64,000 bases of DNA from Squalus acanthias (lineage: Eukaryota): contig CM059431.1 in NCBI GenBank assembly GCA_030390025.1, positions 140,432,001 through 140,496,000 on the forward strand. The letters run 5' to 3'. Below are positions 50,379 through 64,000 of this stretch, in pieces. Numbering within the stretch: the stretch's first letter is position 1; the number at the start of each line of letters is the position of its first letter. A model generated the notes under the pieces. The model saw only the letters and a program-made list of their open reading frames with translations. It was not told where the DNA came from and made no database searches. Both the position numbers and the translations under genes were made by a program.

Positions 50379-51095
50379 CTGGGTCATTCCCACTTCATTT
50401 CCCCTGCCTTACAGGCCAGTGATGTGTTTCAGAAAGTCCAGCAGGTTAGTTAAAGATGACAAATCGCCCCTCAAAACCAAGATAATTCTGTTTTACTTTC
50501 CTCCTTTCCCAGGTGCTCACTCACTGGATCTCTACCGACCTTATTTTAAACACTGGGATTATTGCGGCCATTGTCGAATCCTCAGGAATCGTCTCTAATT
50601 GAGGAAGCTTGCAAAAGTGTCAATAAACCGGTTCTCCAGTCAGACCCCATTCCGTTATCTCGGGGTGTCTGTGTCCCTGGATTCCAGGTTCCCATTTTAT
50701 CTGGTTGAATTCTGTAATAACATTTCATATCCGTTGATCGCTGCCACTCATACAAGCCCTCCTTCAGTAATTCACTTGTGAACTACTCCGAATATTTACC
50801 AAACAGTCTTTGCTTGTCCATACTATCTACCTGCTAGATTTTTTTGATAATTTATAAGGCATTTACTTTATCCTTAATATTGCTCCCTACATAATGACTT
50901 CTACCCACGCTGTCTCCTATTCTCTATTAAATGGTAGAATACATTTTAATTCCACACCCACTAACACTTTCTTACCTACTTTCTGCTTGTCAACTCCAGC
51001 GCTGGGATCTCCCAGACCTGCCCTACGGCCGGAGGCTCACACACACAGCGAGCAGATTATCGGAAAATTTGGGAAGCGCTTCCATAGCTTGCATT

Positions 51096-54000
51096 CATAA
51101 GAACAACAGAACACAAGAGATAGGAGCAGGAGAAGGCCATTTGGCCCTTTAGAGCCTTCTCCGCCATTCAATAAGATCATGGCTGATCTTCTACCTCAAC
51201 TCCACGTTCCTGCACTACCCCATATCCCTTGATTCGCTTAATATTCAAGAATCTATCGATCTCTGTCTTGAATATACTCAACGACTGAGCCTCCACAGCC
51301 CTCTGGGGTAGAGAATTCCAAAGGTTCACCACACTCTGACTTAAGAAATTCCTGCTCATCTCAGTCGTAAATGGCCGACTCCTTATTCTGAGTCTGTGAC
51401 CCCTGGTGCTGGACTCCGCAACCAGGGGAAACATCCTTCATGCATCTACCCTGTCAAGCCCTGTAAGAATGTTGTATCTTTCAATGAGATCACTTCCCAT
51501 TCTTCTAATCTCTATAGAATATAGAACTGGTCAACTCAATCTCTTCTCATTAGAGAATCCCCCCATAAGAACATAAGAACATAAGAAATAGGAGCAGGAG
51601 TAGACCAATCGGCCCCTCGAGCCTGCTCCGCCATTCAATGAGATCATGGCTGATCTGATCCAACCTCAACTCTAAAGAACACAAGAAGCAGGAGCAGGAC
51701 CAGGCCACTCGGCTCCGCCACCCACAGGGCCTTGACCGATCCGAACTCAAACTCATGTCCAATTTCCAGCCCGCTCCCCGTAACCCCTGATTCCCTTTAC
51801 TTCTAGGAAACGGTCTATTTCTGTTTTAAATGTATTTAATGAAGTAGCTTCCACAGCTTCCTGGCGTAGCAAATTCCACAGACCCACTACCCTCTGAGTG
51901 AAAAAGTTTCTCCTCATCTCAGTTTTGAAAGAGAAGCCCATTATTCTAAGATTATGTTCCCGAGTTCTAGTTTCACCCATCATTGGGAACATCCTCACCG
52001 CGTCCACCCGATCAAGCCCCTTCACAATCTTATATGTTTCAATAAGATCGCCTCTCATTCTTCTGAACTCCAATGAGTAGAGTTCCAATCTACTCAACCT
52101 CTCCTCGTATGTCCACCCCCTCATCCCCGGAATTAACCGAGTGAACCTTCTTTGTACTGCCTCGAGAGCAAGTATGTATTTTCTTAAGTATGGACACCAA
52201 AACTGTATGCAGTACTCCAGGTGCGGTCTCACCAATACCCTATACAACTGCAGCAATACCTCCCTGTTTTTATATTCTGTCCCCCTAGCAATAAAAGCCA
52301 ACATTCCATTGGCCTTTTGATCACCTGCTGCACCTGCATACTAACCTTTTAATTTTCTTGCACCAAGACCCCCAGATCCCTTTTTACTGCAGTACTTTCC
52401 AGATTCTCGCCATTAAGATAATAACTTGCTCTCTGATTTTTCCTGCCAAAGTGCATAACCTCACATTTTCCAATATTGTATTGCATCTGCCAAATCTCTG
52501 CCCACTCTCCCAGCCTATCTATATCCACTTGTAGGTTTTTTATGTCCTCCTCACTGTCTACTTTCCCTCCCATCTTTGTATCATCTGCAAACTTTGATAT
52601 GTTACACTCGGTCCCCTACTCCAAATCGTTAATATAGATTGTAAAGAGTTGGGGACCCAGCACCGAACCCTGCGGAACACCACTGGCTACTGGTTGCCAG
52701 TCCGAGAATGAACCATTTATCCCAACTCTCTGCTTCCTGTTAGATAACCAATCCTCCACCCATGCCAGAATATTACCCCCAATCCAGTGATTTTTTTATC
52801 TTGAGTAATAATCTTTTATGTGGCACCTTGTTGAATGCCTTCTGGAAGTCTAAATACACTACATCCACTGGTTCCCCTTTATCCACCCTGTACGTTATGT
52901 CCTCAAAGAATTCGAGCAAATTTGTCAGACATGACTTCCCCTTCATAAAGCCATGCTGACTTTGTCCTATTAAATTATGTTTATCTAAATGTTCCGTTAC
53001 TGTCTCCTTAATAATAGACTCCAAAATTTTACCCACCACATATGTTAGGCTAACTGGTCTATAATTTCCAGCCTTCTGCCTACAACCCTTTTTAAATAAG
53101 GGTGTTACATTAGCAGTTTCCCAATCTGCCGTTACTTTTGCTGAGTTCAGGGAGTTTTGGAAAATTATTACCAATGCATCCACAATTCCTACTGCCACTT
53201 CCCTCAGGACCCTAGGATGTAAGCCATCAGGTCCAGGGGATTTATCCGTCTTGAGTCCCATTATTTTACTTAGTACCAATTCCTTAGTAATTTTAATCGT
53301 ATTTAGCTCCTCCCCCACTAGAGCCCCCTGTTTGTCCAGTGTTGGGATATTCTTAGTGTCCTCTACCGTAAAGACTGAAACAAAATATTTGTTCAGCATT
53401 TTTGCCATCTCCATGTTTCCCACCATTAATTTCCCGGTCTCATCCTCTAAGGGACCTACGTTTGCCTTAGCCGCCCTTTTTCTTTTTATACAACTATAGA
53501 AACTCTTGCTATCTGTTTTTATATTTTTTGCTAATTTATTTTCATAGTCTATTTTCCCTTTCTTAATCAATCCTTTAGTTACTTTTTGTTGTCTTTTGAA
53601 GACTTCCCAATCTTCTATCCTCCCACTAACTTTGGCTACCTTATATGTCCTTGTTTTTAGTTGGATACTTTCTTTAATTTCTTTAATTAGCCATGGATGG
53701 CTGTCATTTCTTTTACACCCTTTTTTCCTCAGTGGAATATATTTATTTTGAAAGTTGTAAAATAACTCCTTGAATGAACACCACTGCTCATGTACCGTCT
53801 TACCCTTTAATCTATTTTCCCAGTCCACTTTAATCAATTCTGCTCTCATGCCATCATAGTCTCCTTTATTCAAGCTCAGTATGCTTGTTTGAGAACCAAC
53901 CTTCTCACCCTCTAATTGGATATGGAATTCAACCATGTTATGGTCACTCATTCCAAGGGGATCCTTAACTAGGACATTATTAATTAATCCAGACTCATTA

Positions 54001-56846
54001 CACAGTACCAGGTCCAAGGTTGCTTGCCCACTTGTAGGATCAGTTACATACTGCTCAAGAAATCCATCCCTAAGAAACTCAATAAACTCTTCCTCAAGGC
54101 TGGCCTGCCCAATTTGATTTGTCCAGTTAATATGATAGTTAAAATACCCCATAATTATAGCTGTTCCCTTATTACATGCCCCAACTATTTCCTGATTAAT
54201 ACTTCTTCCAACAGAGTTGCAACTATTAGGAGGCCTATATAATACGCCCACCAGTTTTTTTTCCCCCTTATTATTCCTAATCTCTACCCAAACTGTTTCA
54301 TTATCCTGATCTTTTGACACAATATCATTTCTCTGTATTACAGTGATTCCTTCCTTTATTAACATAGCCACCCCCCCCCCTCCCCTTCCTTCCTGCCTGT
54401 CCTTCCTGATTGTTAAATACCCTGGCATATTTAATTCCCAGACGTTGTTACCCTGCAGCCATGTTTCTGTAATGGCCACAAGATCATACCCATACATAGT
54501 TATTTGTGCCGTTAACTCGTCAATTTTGGTACGAATGCTACGTGCATTCAGATAAAGAACTTTCAAATGTGTTTTGCGACACTTACTTCCTGTTTTTTCC
54601 TTATTTACCACTTTACCTTTTACTCCATACCTTCTGTCCCTTCCTGACATGCTTTCCTCTGTCTCCCTGCTGAGCTTCCCAACTCCCTGCCGCACTAGTT
54701 TAAATCCTCCCCAACAGCACTAGCAGCACTCCCCCTACCACAGCGGTCCCGGCCCTGCCCAGGTGCAGACCGTACGGTTTGTACTGGTCCCACCTCCCCC
54801 AGAACCAGTTCCAATGTCCCAGGAATTTGAATCCCTCCCCCTTGCACCATTCCTCTAGCCACGTATTCATTTGAAATATCGTCCTATTTCTACTCTGACT
54901 AGCACGTGGCACTGGTAGCAATCCTGAGATTACTACCTTTGAGGTCCTATTTTTTAATTTACCTCCTAACTCCCTATATTCTGCTTTTAGGACCTCATCC
55001 CCTTTTTTACCTATATCGTTGGTGCCTATGTCATCCCAGAAACCAGTATGGTGAACCATCGTTGCACTCCCTCTATGACAAATATATCCTTCCTTAGGTA
55101 AGGAGACCAAAACTGTGCACAATACTCCAGGTGTGATCTCATCAGGGCCCTATATAATTGCAGGAAGACGTCTTGATGCTTATACTCAAATCCTCTTGTA
55201 AAAAAGGCCAACATACCATTTGCTTTCCTAATTGCTTGATGTACCTGTATGTTAAATTTCAGTGATTAGTGTGCAAGGATACCCAGGTCCCTCTGAACAA
55301 TAACATTTCTCCATTTCGCACCATTTAAAAATACTCAGCTTTTCTGTTTTCCTACCAATGTGGATAACTTCACATTTCTCCATTTGCCATTAGCAAATTT
55401 AGATATATTACTTTTGGACCCCTCATCCAAATCACTGATGTAGATTGTGAATAGCTGCGGGCCAAGCATTGATTCTTGCGGTACCCAATAGTTACAGCCT
55501 GCAAACGCGAAAATGACTCGTTTATTCCTACTCTCTGTTTTCTGTCCGTTAACCAATCCTCAGTCCATGCTAGTATATTACCCCCAATCCCATGAGCCCT
55601 AATTTTGTTGTATAACCTCTTGTGTGGTCCCTGTAGCTCGTCCACCACCATGCGGCCGACCTGCCCTCAAGCCAGTTCACCCGGCTGCTCCATGCCCGGC
55701 CATTCCATGTCCACCAGCGTCCTACAAGAGCCGCTCCGGCCGGCCCATCAGACCGCCGCACCGTCTCGTCCACACCTCCTAAGCGGATTCTGGGGGGAGC
55801 TGTGTGGCGGATCGCCACCTGAACGGGCATATTCCACTTCTCCGCCCGTGGACAAAAAAATCGGACACCTTGCCTTTGAGGCACCTTGCCTTTAAGGTAG
55901 GAGAAAAGGAGTGGGCGGGGACTCAGGATTTTTCAAGAGAATTCTGGGTGCAGTGGATTTCAGCCATTTTGAACCATGCAGTTCTATTAAAAAGCCTTTG
56001 TTTTCCACACATAGATTCAGTCTTAATTCGTGTTTCGCGGCAACCTCAACATGGTCACTAATATTACTACAAGGTTGTTAATTCACCATTTCTCATTGCA
56101 CAATACTAGATCTACGTTCCTGTTCCCTGGTTGGTTGCTCAACATACTGGTCTTGAAAACTATCTTGCATACATTCCATGAATTCGTCCTCCACGCTATT
56201 ACTGCAAATTCGGTTTGCCCAGTCTATATGTAGATCATTACTATATTACCTTTGCTACCTCCGCCTCTAATTTCCTGATTTATTCTCTGCCTTACATTAC
56301 AACTAATGTTTGAGGACCTATAAACAACTCCCACCATTTTATTCAGACCTTTGCTGTTACTTAGCTACACCCAAACTAATTTTACTTCTTGATTTTCAGA
56401 TCTAAGATCCTTTCTCTATACTGTCTCTATCCCATCCTTTATTATCAGGGCTACCCTTCCAGCTTTTCCATTATGCCTATCCCTTCTAAAAGTTATATAT
56501 CCTGGAATATTTATTTCCCAACCTTGGCCACTTTGCAACCACGTCTCCGTTATGGCTTGTAGATTAAACCTTTAATTACTATCTGCGCTATTAATTCATC
56601 TATTTTGTTTCGAATGTTCGCACATTCAGATATAATCGTTTTAGCTTTGACATATTTCTGTTTTTCCCTGCTGTCACCTTAGTCACTGATGCCTTATTAC
56701 CTTTGTTACTCTATCTCTCCCTTCCGGACCCACTCTATTTATTTTTACTCAAAACTCTACTCTGTTCTAGAGCTTTGCAATATCACTGCTTTTAAATGCA
56801 CTCTTTCCTGAACCCACCCGCCCCCGCCCCACTTTCATTAGTTTAA
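51096..56846 (-). mobile_element. Older decayed CR1 that hosts the young CR1 (pieces 51096-51563, 55032-55628, ~55985-56846)
   Basis: RT C-terminal sequence is collinear across the insertion (gagaatccccc|cat|cccagaaacc). An endonuclease-region remnant lies further upstream; that it belongs to the same element is inferred. Confidence 0.75.
51564..55031 (-). mobile_element. CR1 LINE, young copy nearly identical to 1692-4872; includes the 3' part of ORF1 (esterase) and ORF2 with frameshifts
   Basis: The 640-aa ORF 54695-52773 is almost identical to the first copy. IGTND...GLHL ORF1 remnant; (CATAAGAA)n tail at 51564. Confidence 0.95.
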
Positions 56847-57065
56847 TTACATTGGCATTAATGGGCGGACAATGCAAGCAACGTAGAATCATAGAATCAG
56901 AAAGCACATAAGGAGACCATGCGCCCTATCATGCCTCTCCCAGCTCTTTGAAATAGGTATCCAATTAGTCCAACAACCCTGCTTTTTCCCCTCAGCCCAG
57001 CAAACCTTGCCTTTTCAAGTAAATATTCAGTTCTCTTTTAAAGTTACTATTTTTATAAGGGTGTC

Positions 57066-57500
57066 AACAGTGGCTCTGTGGTAGCACACTCGCCTCTGAA
57101 TCAGATAGTAGTGGGTTAAAGTCCCACTCCAGTGACTTGCACACAAAATCTAGGTTGACATACCAATGCAGTAGTAAGGGTGTGCTGCACTGTCGGAGGT
57201 GCCGTCTTTCAGATGGGACATTAAACCGAGTCCCCGACTGCCCTGTCAGGAGGACGTAAAAGATCCCACAGCAATATTTGAAAGAAGAGCAGGGGATGTC
57301 TCCACAGAGTCCTGGACAATATTCATCCCTCAACCAACATCCCTGGTCATCATTGCATGGTTATTGGTGAGACCTGGCTCTGCGCAAATTGGTGTCTCAC
57401 TTCCTACATGACAACAGTGTCAACACTTCAAAAGTATTTCATTGGCTCTAAAGCGCTTTAGGATGTCTTGAATCATGAAAGGAGCTGTAAACATGCAATA
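57066..57500 (+). mobile_element. tRNA-derived SINE, same family, inserted in a minus-strand CR1 3' fragment (56885-57770)
   Basis: Aligns to 16986-17365; CR1 sequence resumes on both sides. Confidence 0.75.
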
Positions 57501-58154
57501 TTTATTTTTTATTATTGAATTCGCTTCCATGACCCTTTTAGGCAATGCATTCTGGATTATAACAGTTCGCTACATAAAATAAATCTCCTCAACTCCTCCC
57601 TAGATCATTATCCAATTGCCTTAAATACGCATCCTCTGATGACTGACCCTCCTGCCAGTGGAAACATGCTCTCCTTATTTACTCAAAGCCCCTCATAATT
57701 TGAACATCTCTGTTAAATCTCCCCTGAACATTCTCTGCTCTATGGAAAACGATCCCAGCTTCTCGTCGTGTCGGCAGTTTTCAGATCTTTCACCAGCTGT
57801 GGGCGAGGGCCCGCCCGAGACCTCACATCCGGGTACCTCCAGTATTGCCTTGATCTCTTCCTTGCTCAGTTCAGCAGATTATCCTTAATTTTTTTCGTAT
57901 AATCAACAATTTAAGAATCACATTTTAAATATGTTAACAAATTCCCGTTTTCAAATGATCCAATCTCTTCCTTTACCGATTTGATCGAATCCCTTTTCAT
58001 TTCATTTCACTGATCGGTATTTAGAAGTTGAAAACAAAATATGATTGATATTTTATTAATTCAAAGTGGGGCTCTCCGTCTATTGATTTGTTCGACTCTT
58101 CCCGCTCTCCTTCTCATCTTGGCCCCGCTCTCCTGGTTCCCTTTCGTTCTGTCG

Positions 58155-58582
58155 GATCCCACACTCTCCCAGATTCCATCCCACGGGTTCCCACACACTG
58201 CCAGATTCCATTTCACGAATTCCCACACTCTGTCAGATTCCACCCCACGGGTCCCAACACTCTGCCAGATTCCATCCCACGTGTTCTTGCACTCTGCCAG
58301 ATCCCATCCCACGGGTTCCCACACTCTGCCAGATTCCATTCCACGGATTCCCACATTCTGCCAGATTCCATCCCACGGGTTCCCACATTCTGCCAGATTC
58401 CATCCCACGGGTTCCCACACTCTGCCAGATCCCATCCCACGGGTTCCCACACTCTGCCAGATTCCATTCCACGGATTCCCACATTCTGCCAGATTCCATC
58501 CCACGGGTTCCCACATTCTGCCAGATTCCATCCCACGGGTTCCCACATTCTGCCAGATCCCATCCCACGGGTTCCCACACTG
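58155..58582. repeat. 32-bp minisatellite TCCCACGGGTTCCCACACTCTGCCAGATTCCA, about 13 copies
   Basis: Visible tandem copies; explains the repetitive ORFs on both strands. Confidence 0.95.
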
Positions 58583-59347
58583 TAAGAAATAGCTGTTAGA
58601 ATCAAAGTTGGGTTTTAATTCTTAGAACAGGGACTGACAACATGCAACCGGGAACAGAAAGCAGAAATGCCAGCAAGATCGAATAACAAGCATCAAAAGA
58701 CAAATAGAAGTGATAAGGGAATCGTAAAATGCAAAACAACACAGGGTGGTGCGATAATAAGCAAAAATGGAGCCGAAATGTCATAAAATGTCCTTTAAGA
58801 AACATAACAAAACATTCCTCAGAAAGATAAGATGGAGGCCTCGTAGCCATGCAGAAAGGGACGGCGAGTGATGCCTTCCCGTTTCACACTTGGACAATAG
58901 GATGTGGGAATAAATAATTGACATCAGGTGATTACCAGTCCACCGAAATATCTATAAATATAAATGACCGAGAGAGGAAATCAGGCAGTTAGGGGCGAAG
59001 GCTTCCCCGAGGTGGCACCTTGGTCAAGTTTAGTCTCTGAGGTGGCTGACGGCCTAACACCTCCAACAGCTTGAGGGATGACCCAACGGAAGTCATCGCT
59101 GCAGCAGACTGCAGGAGTACACCCAATCCGAGACCACCGTACTGCCTCACCGTCCATCCGGTTGTGGCATTCCGCTTCGAGAGTTGTAGATCCCTCTCGA
59201 CTGTCATGGGTTGCATATCTATTATACTTAGCTTAAACCATATGTAATATTTGATTATGCTTTTAAACTGCAGCTGTTTAATAAAAGCCTTGCAACTCCT
59301 AAAACCCTTTGGGTAATCTGTGTGTGGCCAGTGATCCTAATCTTACA

Positions 59348-59546
59348 ACACTCTCCCAGATTCCAGTCCCACGGGTTCCCTCCCTCTGCCAGAGTCCAGT
59401 CCCACGGGTTCCCTCCCTCGGCCAGAGTCCAGTCCCACGGGTACCCAAACTCTGCCAGAACACAGTCCCACGAGTTCCCACACTCTGCCAGAATATAGTC
59501 CCACGGGTTCCGACACTCTGCCAGATTGCAGTCCCACGGGTTCCCG
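59348..59546. repeat. 33-bp variant of the same minisatellite, about 6 copies
   Basis: GTCCCACGGGTTCCC..CTCTGCCAGA units; 11-aa periodicity in overlapping ORFs. Confidence 0.9.
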
Positions 59547-62500
59547 CAGCCCGAGGAGCGGCGAGCGGCGGTATATGGTGAGCCCCGAGGCGTGGTAGGC
59601 CCAGAGCAGCGGAGGCAGCCCGAGAAGCGGCGAGCGGCGGTATAAAGGTGAGCCCCGAGGCGTGGTAGGCCCAGAGCAGCGGAGGCAGCCCTAGGAGCGG
59701 CAAGCGGCGGTGAGCTAGTGGGATTTTCCCTAATCCAGGTCCGGGAGAGGGAAGCAAAAAACAATCTAACTGTTACGTCACCAAGAAGCAGGTAAGTGAT
59801 TGGTTGGTGAATATTTTCCTTCTAAATTTTTCTAAACTTAAAATTTTGCGGTTTCTAGGGTCTCTGTTGTGTAGCGGGGACTACTGTTAAGAAAGGGACC
59901 TTGAGTATATCATTTAATTGAAGTGAAATTGGTGGGATTCATTTAATTTAATTTTAATTAATTAATTAAAGGGTAAGTCATGCCAGGAGAGCTCCGCCCC
60001 TTGATATGCTCCTCCTGCTATATGTGGGAAAGCAGGTACACTTCCTGTGTCCCTGACGACCATGTGTGTGGGAAGTGTATCCAGCTGCAGCTACTGATAG
60101 AACACATTGCGGCTCTGGAGCTGCGGATGGATGCATATTGGAGCATTCGCGACGCTAAGAACGTCGTGGATAGCACATTTAGCGAGTTGGTCACACCGCA
60201 GGTAAAGGGTGTACAGACAGGAAGTGAATGGGTGACCACCAGGCAGAGTAAGAGGTGAAGGCAGGTAGTGCAGGGGTCCCCTGTGGCCATCGCCCTCTCA
60301 AACAGATATAGCACTTTGGATACTGTTGGGGGTGATGACTTGTCAGGGGAAGGCAGCAGCAGCCAACTTCCTGGCACCATGGGTGGCTCTGCTGCACAGG
60401 CTGGGAGGAAAAAGTGTGGAAGAGCTATAGTGATAGGGGACTCAATTGTAAGGGGAATAGATAGGCGTTTCTGCGGCCGCAAACGAGACTCCAGGATGGT
60501 GTGTTGCCTCGCTGGTGCAAGGGTCAAGGACGTCTCGGAGCGGCTACAAAACTAGTTGGAGGGGGAGGGCGAAAAGTCAGTTGTCGTGGTGCACATAGGC
60601 ACCAATGATATAGGTAAAAAACGGGATGAGGTCCTAAAAGCAGAATATAGGGAGTTAGGAGGTAAATTTAAAAATAGGACCTCTAAGGTAGTAATCTCAG
60701 GATTGCTGCCAGTGCCATGTGCTAGTCAGAGTAGAAATAGGAGGACATTTCAAATGAATCCGTGGGGGAGGAATGGTGCAATGGGGAGGGATTCAAATTC
60801 ATTGGACATTGGAACCGGTTCTGGGGGAAGTGGGACCAGTACAAACGGGACGGTCTGCACCTGGGCAGGGCCGGGACTGATGTCCTAGTGGGAGTGTTTG
60901 CTCGTGCTGTTGGGGAGGTTTTAAACTAAAGTGGCAAGGGGTTGAGAACCTGAGCAGGGAGACAGAATAAAGGGAAACAAGGATAAAAGCAGAAGACAGG
61001 AAGGAGAATAACAAAAGTAGAAGGCAAAGAACTCAACGGTTTAAATCAAACATGGTCACAGTAAATAATAATTCATATAGGTGTGAGAGCGTTAAAAAAT
61101 CAAGCCTGAAGGCGTTGTGTCTGAATGCAAGGAGCATTCGGAACAAGGAGGATGAATTAGCTGCGCAAATAGAGGTAAATGAATACGATTTGATTGAGAT
61201 TACCGAAACATGGCTCCAGGGTGGCCAAGGCTGGGAATTCAACATCCAGGGGTATTCAATATTTAGGAAAGATAGGCAAAAAAGAAGGGGAGGTGGGGTA
61301 GCATTGCTGGTTAAAGAGGGGATTAACACAATTGAAAGGAAGGATAGTAACTCTGATGATGCGGAATCTGTATTGTTACAACTGAGAAATAACAAGGTGC
61401 AGAAAACGTTGGTGGATGTGGTATATAGACCTCCAAACAGTAATAAGAAGGTTAGGGACGGCATTAAAAGGAAAATTAGAGAAGCATGCACTAAGGGCAC
61501 AGCAGTCATCAAGGGTGACTTTAATTTACATATAGATTGGGCTAACCAAATTAGTAAAAATACTGTGGAGGAGGAATTCCTAGAATGTATACAGGATGGT
61601 TTTCTGGAACAATATGTCGAGGAACCAACCAAAGATCCGGCCATCTTAGACTGGGTATTATGTAACGAGAAAGGATTAATTAGCAATCTTGTTGTACGAG
61701 GCCCCTTGTGTCAGAGTGATCATAATATGATAGAGTTCTTCATTAGGATGGAGAGTGAAGTAGTTGAATCAGACACTAGGGTCCTGAATTTAAATAAAGG
61801 AAACTACGATGGTATGAGGCGCAAATTGGGTAGGATTGATTGGGGAATGTCACTCAAAGGGTTGACGGTGGATAGGCAATGGCAAACATTCAAAGACTGC
61901 ATGGATGAACTACAGAATTTGTTTATCCCAGTGTGGCATAAGAATAAAACAAAAAGGGTGACTCAACCGTGGCTAACAAGGGAAATTAGGGATAGCATAA
62001 GATCAAAGGAGAGGGCATATAAATTGGCCAGAAAAAGCGGTAACCCTGAGGATTGGGAGCAGTTAAGGATTCAACAAAGGAGGACAAAGGGATTAATTAA
62101 GAAGGGGAAAATAGAATATGAAAGTAAGCTTTCAGGGAACATAAAAAACTGACTGTAAGAGCTTTTATAGATATGTGAACAGAAAAAGATTGGTGAAGTC
62201 AAGCGTACATCCCTTGCAGTCAGAATCAGTGGAAGTTATAATGGGGAACAAATAAATGGCTGACCAATTAAATGCATATTTTGGTACTGTCTTCATAAAG
62301 GAGGAAACAAATAACCTCCCAGAGATGTTGGAGAACATAGGGTCTGATGAAAGGGAGGAACTGAAAGAAATCAGTATTTGCAGGGAAATGGTGTTAGGAA
62401 AATTGACGGGATTGAAGGCCGATAAGTCCCCAGGGCCTGATCACCTACATCCTAGGGAACTTAAGGAAATGGCACTAGAAATAGTTGATGCATTGCTGAT

Positions 62501-64000
62501 CATCTTCCAACATTCGATGGAACCTGGAACTGTACCCATGGATTGGAGGGAAGCTAATGTTACCCCACTATTCAATAAAGGTTGTAGAGAGAAAGCGGGG
62601 AATTACAGACCAGTTAGCCTGACATCGGTATTGGGGAAAATGCTAGAGTCCTTTATAAAGGATGTAATAGCTGAGCACTTGAAAAACTGTGACAGGATCG
62701 GACAAAGTCAATATGGATTTAGAAAAGGTAAATCCTGCTTGACTAATCTACTGGAAATTTTTCAGGATGTAACTGGGAAAATAGATAAGGGAGAACCAGT
62801 AGTTGTGGTGTATTTGGACTTTCAAAAGGCTTTCGATAAGGTCCCGCATAAGAGATTAGCGTGTAAAGTTAAGGCACATGGGATTGGGGGCAAGGTATTG
62901 ACTTGGATAGAGAACTGGTTGGCGGACAGAAAGCAGAGAGTAGGAATTAATGGGTCTTTTTCCGAGTGGCAGGCAGTGACTTGTGGGGTACCGCAGGGAT
63001 CGGTCCTTGGACCCCAGCTATTCACGAGATACATTAATGATCTAGATAATGGAACTAAATGTAATATCTCCAAGTTTACAGATGACACAAAGCTGGGTGG
63101 GCATGTGTGCTGCGAGGAGTTTACCGAGAAACTCCAGGATGATTTGGACAGGTTGGGTGAGTGCGCAGAAGCGTGGCAGATGCAGGTTAACGTGGATAAA
63201 TGCGAGGTTATCCACTTTGGTGTTAAAAACAGAAATGCAGACTATTATCTGAACGGCAATAGATTGGGTGAAGGGGAAGTGCAGCGAGAAATGGGTGTCC
63301 TTGTGCACCAGTCGCTGAAGGTAAGCATGCAGGTGCAGCAGGCGGTGAAGAAGGCAAATGGTATGTTGGCCTTCGTAGCAAAAGGGTTTGAGTATAGGAA
63401 CAGGGATGTCCTGCTGCAGTTGTACAGGGCCTTGGTGAGACCACACCTTCAGTACTGTGTGCAGTTTTGGTCGCCTTATCTGAGGAAGGATGTTCTTGCC
63501 ATGGAAGGAGTTCAGCGAAGATTCACAAGGCTGATACCTGGGAAGTCAGGAATTACATATGAGGAGAGATTGGGTCGTTTGGGCTTATACTCGCTGGAGT
63601 ATAGAAGAATGAGAGGGGATCTCATCGAAACATATAAAATTCTGACAGGTCTGGATAAACTAGATGCAGGATGAATGCTCCCGATGGTCGGAGAGTCCAG
63701 AACCAGCGGTCATAATCTAAGGATAAGGGGTAAGCCATTTAGGACAGAAATTAGGAAGAATTTCTTCACCCAGAGATTGGTGAACCTGTGGAAATCTCTA
63801 CCACAGAAGATAGTTGAGTCCAAGTCATTAAATATATTCAAGAATGAGTTAGATATATTTCTTAAAGCTAAAGGGATCAAGGGATATGGGGAGAGGGCAG
63901 GTACAGGGTACTGAGTTTGAATGATGAGCCATGATCTCATTAAATGGCAGAGCAGGCTCGAGGGGCCGAATGGCCTACTCCTGCTCCTACCTTCTATGTT
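59546..64000 (+). mobile_element. Near full-length CR1 LINE of a second subfamily: GC-rich 5' repeats, ORF1 (Cys-motif + SGNH esterase, 59980-~60930), ORF2 (~60930-63914), 3' UTR
   Basis: ORF1 motifs CSSCYMW...CGKC, IGDS and HIGTND; ORF2 endonuclease and RT motifs. Several stops and frameshifts (60256, 60553, ~62150, 63672). CR1 3' hairpin and tail reach the window end. Confidence 0.93.

Noticed and set aside
58041..59764. Many 100-180 aa repetitive ORFs
   Set aside because: They are by-products of stop-free 32/33-bp minisatellites that are open on both strands.

Overview
Eukaryotic, repeat-rich genomic DNA, most likely from a cartilaginous fish (inferred from the CR1, tRNA-SINE and Penelope repeat types and the GPR139-like receptors). 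Most of it is CR1 LINE copies and fragments, tRNA-derived SINEs, Harbinger-like MITEs and tandem repeats, including a 7.6 kb 26-bp satellite with higher-order structure. Genes: (1) an intact two-exon rhodopsin-class GPR139/GPR142-like receptor on the minus strand (8232-6548, 319 aa); (2) a disrupted paralogue on the plus strand (47676-49094); (3) a six-exon MS4A/CD20-like tetraspan pseudogene (31831-39650) that the ORF track does not assemble; (4) a truncated, inverted second MS4A copy (18464-17364). The main structural observation is an old inverted duplication with its axis at about 21.2-23.5 kb. Unique sequence at 17.4-21.2 kb is the reverse complement of 23.5-33.9 kb, and the mirror appears to continue outward through the tandem repeat and the GPCR on each side. 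Penelope-like element fragments carry minimal hammerhead-ribozyme motifs. All alignments were done by eye, with no database searches, so family names are pattern-based and repeat boundaries are approximate.
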